Part shown: one piece after another, positions 57,226-64,000 of the stretch | How the letters are laid out: each line of letters starts with the position of its first letter | How positions within the stretch are numbered: position 1 is the stretch's first letter | Assembly: GCA_030141605.1 (NCBI GenBank) | Contig: JAQGDQ010000157.1 | Location: 199,266 to 263,265 of the forward strand | DNA from: Tubiluchus corallicola | Taxonomy: Eukaryota > Animalia > Priapulida | Reading direction: 5' to 3' | DNA length: 64,000 nt | Notes under the pieces: generated by a model | Database searches by the model: none | What the model saw: only the letters and a program-made list of their open reading frames with translations | What the model was told of the DNA's origin: nothing | Translations under genes and position numbers: made by a program

Positions 57226-58037
57226 AGGAAAGAACAAGTCAGTCACTACATTGGGATTATTTTCCTGTTATTACATATACTTAGAAAAATATAAGAAATT
57301 GATGATGATGATGATGATAAATCTTTTATTACGCTTCTATTTGCAGGCTCAGTACATGAGTATTAAAAATTAAACCATATACAGATATTAATGACCCGTA
57401 CAAATACATAAATACAATTATATAAAAATAAAAGCAACTGTACAAATAAACAAATGCATACTTATATGCAAATGCGTTAGAACATACAAAATGTTTAGGT
57501 ATTGTAAAGTTTTACCAAGTTGTTGTAATGATCAGATTCGAATTATAATTATGTTATTACACCAATATAACAAAGAAATTTGCAAAAAATGCCTATAAAG
57601 TACAAATTTAAAATATACTATCTCTGAATAGAAATTTTCAGGTGAGGTGGTTGCCGCCATTCGTTTGAAAATCATGACGTAACTGGGAGACTTCGTGACT
57701 TTTCGTAAGCGCGTGCTGCTTAAACCAATTCATACTTCTGCAGCTTACCTAACATTCACGCAAAAATGTTACAAAATTATCTACCTAAGTTTTTCGTAAA
57801 AACTTATTATAGTTTTGGAGAAGATTGACAGTGGGCTAGTTTTCTTCAAGACGAATGACGTCATTGGTAGAAGAAAAGACATTGAGAACGAGAGCGCCCA
57901 AGCATGAAGTGACTGCGACTTTAAAGTGATTTTACTAATTAAACGAGGAGCTTAATGCAGTTTTATTACTAAATCCTTCTAACATTTTTCGAGGACATTG
58001 AAATAAGCCTAACCTCCTAGAATGCTTGGCCTTTCGT
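57226..58037 (+). mobile_element. Family A TTAA element interrupted by a ~265-bp retroposon-like insert
   Basis: TTAA|AGGAAAGAACAAG ... CTTGGCCTTTCGT|TTAA; insert ~57301-57563 begins (GAT)n AAATCTTTTATT, i.e. an antisense AATAAA plus (CAT)n tail. Confidence 0.8.
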
Positions 58038-58601
58038 TTAAAAACTAACTAAAGGTTTTAAGAAATTTCATTTATACTACATGTTTGCATGATGGTGAGC
58101 AGTACATAATATATTTACTCGTGTACTATGTAATATACTTTCACATATTGTACCTCGAAATTCTTCCATTTGTTGTGGGTCTCGATCATGAAACTGTATG
58201 CATGCAGCTAGTACATTGACTACAATATATTATGGTGAAGAACTAGTGGGTCTAATCTAGTGTTATTTCTTACCGTACAATTGATGAAGTGTGCCCATTA
58301 GTCTGTGCTTATGCCGCCACTATAGAGATCAAAGGCTGCCGTCTGTACATATTATAAAGCAATCTGCGTTGAAGGCGGGCAGGTAGATACAGGTAGGTAT
58401 ACAATCGAAGCGCAAACAATAAAAGTTATGCCGCCGCTAATGTCGCATTTTGTGTGGTCCGTTTAGAAAAAAAACTGGACATTCAGTCAAAATTCCTACT
58501 GATGTAACGCCTGTTATTTAATGTAAGCAGAAAAATTTTATGTGTTAATAGTACAGTAACATCTATAACAAAATAAAGGTAAAAAAATTAGTTTGATTTA
58601 A

Positions 58602-58748
58602 AGCAAAGCCGGACCCAATGTTAAACTGTAGATCAAAACAATATAGTCTTTCACGTAAGTCGTTTTTGGAAAAATAGTATGTTTCCTTTTAATATTTTAA
58701 AGAGTAAATCGTTTTCACCTACAGTTTAAGATTGGATCCGGTTTTGCT
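58602..58748. mobile_element. Symmetric mini-element made of two family B left ends
   Basis: TTAA|AGCAAAGCCGGACCCAATGTTAAACTGTAG ... CTACAGTTTAAGATTGGATCCGGTTTTGCT|TTAA. Confidence 0.8.
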
Positions 58749-59849
58749 TTAAGTACTTTATACGTCACTGAACGTGGCTGTTTTTCAATTGAGGACAAGC
58801 TGACATTGTTCCAGCATTTAATTTCTTAACATGCAAAAGTTTTTCGGTCATAACAGCGTTAATAGTTCCAATCCAAAGGTTCCTGGTTCAAATCCAGCCC
58901 CAATTTTTCCTTCTACAGTCTCTTTCTTTCACTTTACTTGGTTGCAGAAATTAATTGTTGAGTTGACTATTAATTAACTATTCCATTAAGAATGAATAAT
59001 ACATTGAAATGGGATTTCAGGCTAGTTACGATACTAGGGGGGGGGGGGTGAGGGGAGGCGAAGTCGAGGTGGCAGGAAAGGATGAAAGACGTGATTTTTA
59101 TTCTAATGGTGACTAGTTATGATTATCGATCAAATCATCAAACTGCTTCAGTGGATAGCTGAGCGCCAGTGTCTTTTGTTTAGAAGTTATTTTTATTATA
59201 AGCTAGGCTCTGGTCCTGCCACAAGCACCTACATTGTCTCACAGCTGCAAGGCGCTGGATTTTGGCTTGCTTTGGGCTGAACTGTACAAAAAACGAAGCG
59301 CTTGTTAGGAGATTCACAGAGGAAGTAATCATTAACTCCAGGAAGTGATCTGATTAAGTTACCAAAATAGGGGTCCCAAATACTGTGCTCAGGGCCGATT
59401 TAGAGGAAACAAAAAACCACTTCAAACGAAGGAAAATTTGTGATAGTCAAACAGTATCTTTTGGGATAAAGTATTCAAATCAAAATGTATCTAATTTTCG
59501 TTGCTGATTCAATATTATACTTAATACAAAATGTTTTGTTATTATTACAAGACAGACATGACCTGTTTTAACTCAAAATTAAAGAGTTAATTTCTTTAGT
59601 TTATGCACCACTACTTTTTTCTCTATTTCAGATTGCTTAGTTATATTAAAATAATTCTAAAAATTAATAATGTTTCCTAAATGAAACTGACAACATTAAA
59701 ATTTCATGTCCACCGGTGTCTCACGATCATTACTATATCCTGCAAAGGATAGCAGACTAGGTGACATTATAGTCTTTTCGCTATCCTTTTTTCTAGTTCT
59801 ATGATTATCCACTGTATCAATTCTTTACAATTTACTTACTGAATTTGTT

Positions 59850-60480
59850 ATTAATGCTGTAACTATTATAGTTCTCAAAAGAGATGAATAAATGAAAATT
59901 GAATTGAAAAATTTGCATTGAATACTGAAATAAGTAATTAAAGATGCAAATTAATTTAATTTGTGTTTTGAATAAAATGTGAATTGATTTCCACGGAAGA
60001 GAGTTGAGGAAACTGAATTCATTTAGGTCTCTAAGTAATACTTCTAGAATCTAAGGCCTCAACAAGCATTCCAGTTATAACATATCCAGCTATTTGCTTT
60101 TAATTACCATCTAAATTACTTTATTGGCATTCTCTAAGCTTGAGACACACAATGTCTAATTAATATTCGAGATTGTCCCAATCATGGTTAGTGCAAGGAT
60201 CGTCCGGTAATAAATCTGGCCATTCATACTGAGAACAGTTGCTTAAATACCTGTAATTTCCTCTACCTTTCAGGTGAATAATGGCTAAAGTGTATATTAC
60301 TGGAGGAATTGGTTCAATTCTAGTGTTGGGTGGGCGAGCTGGTAATAGAGACACTAATGAGGTTCGGGATTTTCCGAAACTTCTATTTTAGTTTTGTCAG
60401 AAACGATAAGTTGTAAAAGGTTGCAAGTTACTACGATAATTTTGCTGACTTTTCTCTTATAATGCCATAATGAAACAGCA
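59850..60480 (-). mobile_element. Decayed LINE (CR1/L2-like) ORF2 linker fragment
   Basis: Minus-strand remnants YEWPDLLPDDPCTNHDWDNL, TWKSIHILF and FFNSIF resemble, in order, the EN-RT linker of CR1/L2-group LINEs; many stops. Confidence 0.4.
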
Positions 60481-60652
60481 GATTATCAAAACTGTTTTAA
60501 TGCACATACATAAAATAGAAATTTTTTATTGATTTTTGTCGATAGGGCCAATCAGATAGCAAGCACCATATGCTAACTAACTTAGCTACAGCACATAGAA
60601 CAGTGACTTCATGAGACTGCATCATACAAATTAATTTGTCATAAATATTTAA

Positions 60653-61256
60653 AGCAAAACAGGACTCAATCTTAACCTGTAGGTCAAAACATTCTACTCT
60701 TTAAAATATTGAAAGGGAACATACTATTTTTTCAAAAAAGAATTATTACCACACAAATGCAATTTCACGTTCGCGCCACTAGTTCTTCGCTGTTACTTGC
60801 ATTTCGCCATTCGCTAGTTAGACGGGCATTAGCGCAAGCATTGCGGAAACGCATTGCACAAAAAACAGGTGCTGTATCTCCTAGTTCAGATGTGTTAATT
60901 TGCGACGTAGTACACATGCTCGACAGTTCATGCTGAGTACAGCCGTAAATTTGAAATTTGAATTTTATCTTAAAACTTGCCTAGTTTTAGTACAACACAC
61001 TGAATATCCTACAATAACGCTATACTTCAATTTTCGCTTTTGGAAACACGTGCTAACACGCTCATGGAATGTTTTTGCTGTTAAACATTATGTTAATTTG
61101 TGACGTCATCAATAGCTGAACTCGCCCGCCGTTAATTAAGTTTTTAATCTATTGTTTAATAACCGGGAACGCTTTTGCTGTATTAATTGTGTTAAAATGT
61201 ATACCTTTATCGGACTTGAAAATGAGGTAGCATTTGAAAAATCGTCCTGTCTTCCT
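60653..61256 (+). mobile_element. Family B TTAA element, full length
   Basis: TTAA|AGCAAAACAGG ... TCGTCCTGTCTTCCT|TTAA. Confidence 0.85.
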
Positions 61257-62339
61257 TTAAGTAATGTACTATGTACATTATATACAAGAAACCTCGTGAG
61301 CTTAAATACATTACATTATTTGTACATACATAATACATTATACACTGTTCATCAAATTATACATAAACAAAATACATTACATTATTTACACATGCATTAT
61401 CAAATTACATTATAAAACTGCTTATCAAACTGTTCATAACAGACGACAATGCCGAACACGTGACAAAAAAATTGATAAAGATATACCATATAGGCTTATA
61501 TATATACAACACATTATGCATCAGACGTTAACAAAAAATACATAAAACAAACTAAACACACAAAAACGCATAACACTGTAGAGACATTTATATCAAAATA
61601 CGGATAGTTAATAGTCATTGAACAAATAATTTTTTATTTATTTCTTAAATTTGTAAACTGAGCGAGCTTGTTTTGTGGCTACAGGGAGGCATTCCAGATT
61701 TTAGGTGCAGTTTCTGCAACGTGTTCCTATAGTAACGTGTTCCTGTGGACGAACTTTGCTATTTATATCAAAACTCAGCGAGATGGTGGAATTTTCGCTG
61801 CTTCAATGTTAAGAGATGTCGAACACTTGGCAAAATTGGGCCGATTTAGCGTTCAGGATAGGAATTAAACTGCTATGTATTACAAACTACCTGAGCTAGG
61901 TAGGTCTAACAGTGATCAGAGATACTGCAAAGTTGATACTGATATGTGCAAGTGTGTAGACAACTTACCTAAGAGCGTGTGTAAAGGATTGTGATATAGG
62001 TTGGCCAGTAAACTAAACAAACTGGAAAATATGATTAATTCTAATTATTACGCAAAACTTAAACGACGATTCAATGCGATTTTGATTGTTCTGCATTTTG
62101 GAAACTGCGATTGTGATTACAGGTAATCAACAAAATGTTATGATTATCGTTATTAGTGTGACGCCATAATCGTAGACCCAAGTACTATGAGTGATTATTT
62201 TAGTTTATCAAGTTTTTGAAGCTATTGGAAAGTTGGTCATATACGCTAGAACAAACACTCTAAGGCTAATACGTGCATGAGCGTTGCTTTAAAGATAGTT
62301 ATGTTATCCGTGGCGAAACCAAAACGAAGTTAAATGTCT

Positions 62340-63040
62340 ATTTATCATTTTATTTCGCGTTTATACAAGTACCATAGAATAGTAAAAAACTAAATTAAAA
62401 ATCACTGTGTAAAAATGTTTCTACAAGACAAATAAAATAAAAATGTAAAAAAAATGTACACAAAGAACGGGGAATTAGTAAGCTAAATATGTAAAAAGGG
62501 TTAGTAAGTTTATATTCCCAATAGGCAAAATTTTTTGAAAAAGTCAAAATGGCATCAGTACAGTATTAAGAATGAAACGTAAAATGACTTTAAAATGATT
62601 ACAGCCATTTTCGGCACATATTCTAGATGCTGTGGTGCCCCTACGGTAAACAAAAAACTTCATCAATGCAAAATAGTTTTTTGCTTGCCGTAGGGGCACC
62701 ACAGCAGCTAGAATATGTGCCGAAAATGGCTGTAATCGTTTTAAAGTCATTTTACGTAAAAGTAGTTTTAGCCTTCATCAGTGAGTTTCAAATTCAGCAA
62801 TGCCATACGCAGTTTTATACTTAATACTGATGTCATTTTAACTTCAAATGTTTTTGGCCATTGGGAATATACACTTATTAACCCTTTTTTACGTATTTAG
62901 CTTACTAATCCTCTGTTTTTTGTGTAAATATTTATTTTACTTATCTTGTAGTAATATTTTTAATAATGTTTTTAACTAAGCTTTGCTTATTATGTTATGG
63001 CACTTTTTATGTACTGAGATAAACGTAAAATAAAATAAAT
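62340..63040. repeat. ~700-bp foldback palindrome
   Basis: Inner arms 62577-62659 / 62675-62757 are highly complementary; outer arms remain alignable (TTAGTAAGCTAAATATGTAAAAAGGGTTA / TAACCCTTTTTTACGTATTTAGCTTACTAA). Confidence 0.9.
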
Positions 63041-64000
63041 AACTAAATAAATAATAAATGTGAATAATACTAATTAAGGTTTAAATTTAAAAAAATAAAA
63101 TTTGGGGATTTTAACGCGGTAGAAATGAAATGACCGACTTTTCTAAACAAACAAAGAATAATCATGACAGTTTTATTTTTATTTACATTAAGAAAACTGT
63201 TCGACAGGTTTTCCTGACGATTCAGTTACCTGACCATGAAATTGAATTGCCCTTGCAATCAAATTAATATTAATACGATGAATATAGTATCAGTAGTTTT
63301 TATTTTTATAGGCTTGACATCAACCGTAAAATGATTATTTTTTGGACCTTTTTGGCAAAAATTGGTGGGTAAGTACTAAAATCTTTGTAGTTTAGCTACA
63401 TTTATATTGCTACATTTATATACAAATTGGATAAAAATTCTCAGCCTCTATGGAATTTCAAAAAAGGATAACTTTTTTGTATCCACCCTGTATATAGCTA
63501 TTGTTATAATGATAGGATTTTTTTAAATTTCGTAGTAATGTTTGCTGTTTTCTTCGACAAACACCTGGCAATTTAAATCTCTCAAAAAATAAAAATAAAC
63601 AGCGATTGGAAATTAAATATTAAACAGAAAAGTAAATGAAATTAAAAATAAACAAAATGTAGGATAGTAAATTTTCTGCATATATAACGCAAGCCAGCAC
63701 CATTATGTGTTATACGTTTTTGCGTATCCAATAGTGTGCAAAAATCAATACAAATAGCTGCATAATATTAGCGCAATTCCTCAGTTCTAATAAGCGGGTT
63801 CATTAAAAACGATATAAAGTGATTTTTACACAATAACTCTGTAACACACAACTTTGTTTTTGATTCTTTCTGTGCATTATTCCTTATTTGTAAATTGTCT
63901 TGCCGTTCTAACAACAACTACAACGGCTGGCAACACAAATAACACGATAAAAATACTTTAATATTTATCGTATCTTTTTATTAAAATAAATTCACTATCC

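Noticed and set aside
59036-59060. G-run as a G-quadruplex element
   Set aside because: Single homopolymer with no supporting context.
60709-61415. Recurrent similar short ORFs (LYFNFRF...; also at 6716 and 20742) as a gene family
   Set aside because: They are translations of family B repeat copies, with frames not preserved between copies.

Overview
AT-rich, intron-containing invertebrate (animal) genomic DNA; no prokaryotic features. Four spliced genes were assembled by hand, each in frame across its junctions. (1) The first four exons of a peroxisomal acyl-CoA oxidase (ACOX1-like, minus strand), running off the window start. (2) Head-to-head with it, a complete 17-coding-exon ACSM-type medium-chain acyl-CoA synthetase (603 aa), with a probable GC-AG first coding intron. 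(3) A 7-exon, 217-aa coiled-coil gene I cannot assign to any family. (4) A complete 8-exon Brachyury/T gene (434 aa). Non-coding DNA is rich in short non-autonomous elements: three TTAA-flanked Kolobok/T2-like families, hAT-like MITEs with 8-bp TSDs, TA-flanked pogo/Tigger-like MITEs, tRNA-derived heads and a LINE remnant. It also holds minisatellites with higher-order structure, foldbacks, and three palindromic Penelope-like insertions carrying minimal hammerhead-ribozyme cores. All coordinates were read by eye; no database search was run.
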